A stretch of 64,000 nucleotides of DNA from Eledone cirrhosa. Taxonomy: Eukaryota. Of the stretch, positions 1-64,000 are shown piece by piece. The notes under the pieces were generated by a model, which worked only from the letters and a program-made list of their open reading frames with translations, made no database searches and was not told where the DNA came from. The position numbers and the translations under genes were made by a program. The stretch spans positions 18,104,001-18,168,000 of the forward strand of contig OZ024762.1 in assembly GCA_964016885.1 (NCBI GenBank). The letters run 5' to 3'. Every line of letters begins with the position of its first letter. The first letter of the stretch is position 1.

Positions 1-22
1 CACACACCCACACATATAAATA

Positions 23-54
<32 letters not shown>

Positions 55-569
55 ATTAGTTACAACAGTGACATATACAGGTACTTAAGATTCATTGGGT
101 TATGCACCCCCAACTCATTCACCCTGTTATATAAAGAAAGATGGCCACTACCACGGTTGAATGTAATTTCTTTTGGGAAAATATAAAAGAGCTCTTCAAG
201 GGTAAGTAATTTCGAAATTAACTCTAAATAAACAAAATTATTAGATAGGTTAAAGGGGCGTAACTATCCTAAAAAATAATGTTAATAATTCAAAGAAATC
301 AAATTCCTTCAAATTTAAATTAGTCATTCAAGGAAAACATATTCTTTGATATTCAAATTAGTTAGTCTCATCTATACCATTTTCTCAGAATGAATTTCAC
401 TTCGCATGGACAGCAACTGAAGCAGTCAAGGTATGTATTGAAGCAGTGTTTCTCTGAAGCCAGTTGTGAGAGTATATTCGCTTTTCCAAGTTCCACAGTC
501 AGCAAAATTTCATCTCATTGATACAGGGGGTAGATTACTGAACCAATTCAACCCATTCTCCTTCCACAG

Positions 570-63207
<62,638 letters not shown>

Positions 63208-63546
63208 GTAAGTTCCCTATTTTTTGTTGACTCACAGTAATGTCTTCCTTCAAGACTTTTGATCCTATCCTCCACCTCAGATACACCACACCCTTTATAT
63301 ATATACTGGGTGTACCAAAAAGACTCACCAGACAAACTCACTTGAGTATGGGCTGAGTTTGACTATCATGTAGATGTATCTCATTTGTTTGGAGGGCATA
63401 TTGAGCATTTGTACAAATTGTAAATAAAACTTTATATTGTATTGTACAAGTCCCTGCATGATTATATGTTCATTTGTTTAAAAAATATAACCTTTTGAAA
63501 TCAGATGATTATTTTTGACACACCCTCTCTATTTATATATATACAT

Positions 63547-63890
63547 GGAGGCACATGGCTTAGTGGTTAGAGGATTGGCCTTGCAATCAAAAGGTTGTGA
63601 GTTCAATTCTCAGACCGGGTGATGTGTTGTTTCCTTGAGCAAGACACTTTATTTCACATTGCTCCAGTTTACTCAGCTGTAGAAATGAGATGATAGGGAC
63701 TGAGGTCCCTATCATTCCACTGTAAAGTGGTCGTGTAGGTGCCACGGCAAAAAAGCACCCAGCACTCACTGTAAATGAGGTTGGTGTTAGGAAGGGCATC
63801 CAGCTGTAGAAATCAAGCCAGAATCAGTTCCTGTCCCACCCTTGCAAGCAGGGAAAAAGCGAACGTAAAAATGAAATGATGATGAAAATG
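63547..63890 (+). mobile_element. SINE family B (tRNA-like head, CORE-like tccttgagcaagacac box, RTE-like tail with (atg)n). Other copies at about 47245-47590 (+), 47605-48035 (-), 48055-48362 (+), 58950-59235 (-), 37010-37285 (tail only)
   Basis: ggaggcacatggcttagtggttagag...gagttcaattc head; tail ggaagggcatccagctgtagaaa...ggacgtaaaatg(atg)n. Confidence 0.85.
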
Positions 63891-64000
63891 ATATATATAT
63901 ATTGATTTCATTAAGTCTGAATAGTGAGTCTTGGTACTCTGGAGTTCACCTGCTTATCACAGGCTCATTAGACAGGAACATATATACATATAAATATACA

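Noticed and set aside
63547-63620. tRNA gene candidates at SINE heads
   Set aside because: A/B boxes are present, but I see no complete cloverleaf and each continues into a SINE body.

Overview
Eukaryotic, intron-rich genomic DNA. The SINE and microsatellite content suggests a coleoid cephalopod such as octopus (inference). The whole window lies inside one + strand fibrillin gene: 39 coding exons (570..63207, 4803 nt, about 1600 aa), all GT-AG with phase-1 junctions. They read in the vertebrate FBN1 domain order TB2-cbEGF7-9-hyb2-cbEGF10-TB3-cbEGF11-22-TB4-cbEGF23-24-TB5-cbEGF25-31-TB6-cbEGF32-34; start and stop lie outside the window. Introns contain tRNA-like SINEs, RTE/CRE/R4-type LINE fragments, MITEs, a Helitron end, microsatellites and many locally born minisatellites. 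The most striking non-genic signal is a set of short elements, mostly embedded in (TA)n tracts, that carry minimal type I hammerhead ribozyme motifs plus fold-back inverted duplications (Penelope-like pLTR/retrozyme architecture). The hammerheads share a mismatch at base pair 4 of stem II despite unrelated stem sequences, and five lie on the sense strand of the fibrillin pre-mRNA. Most long ORFs in the supplied track are repeat artefacts. Coordinates were read by eye; repeat boundaries are approximate.
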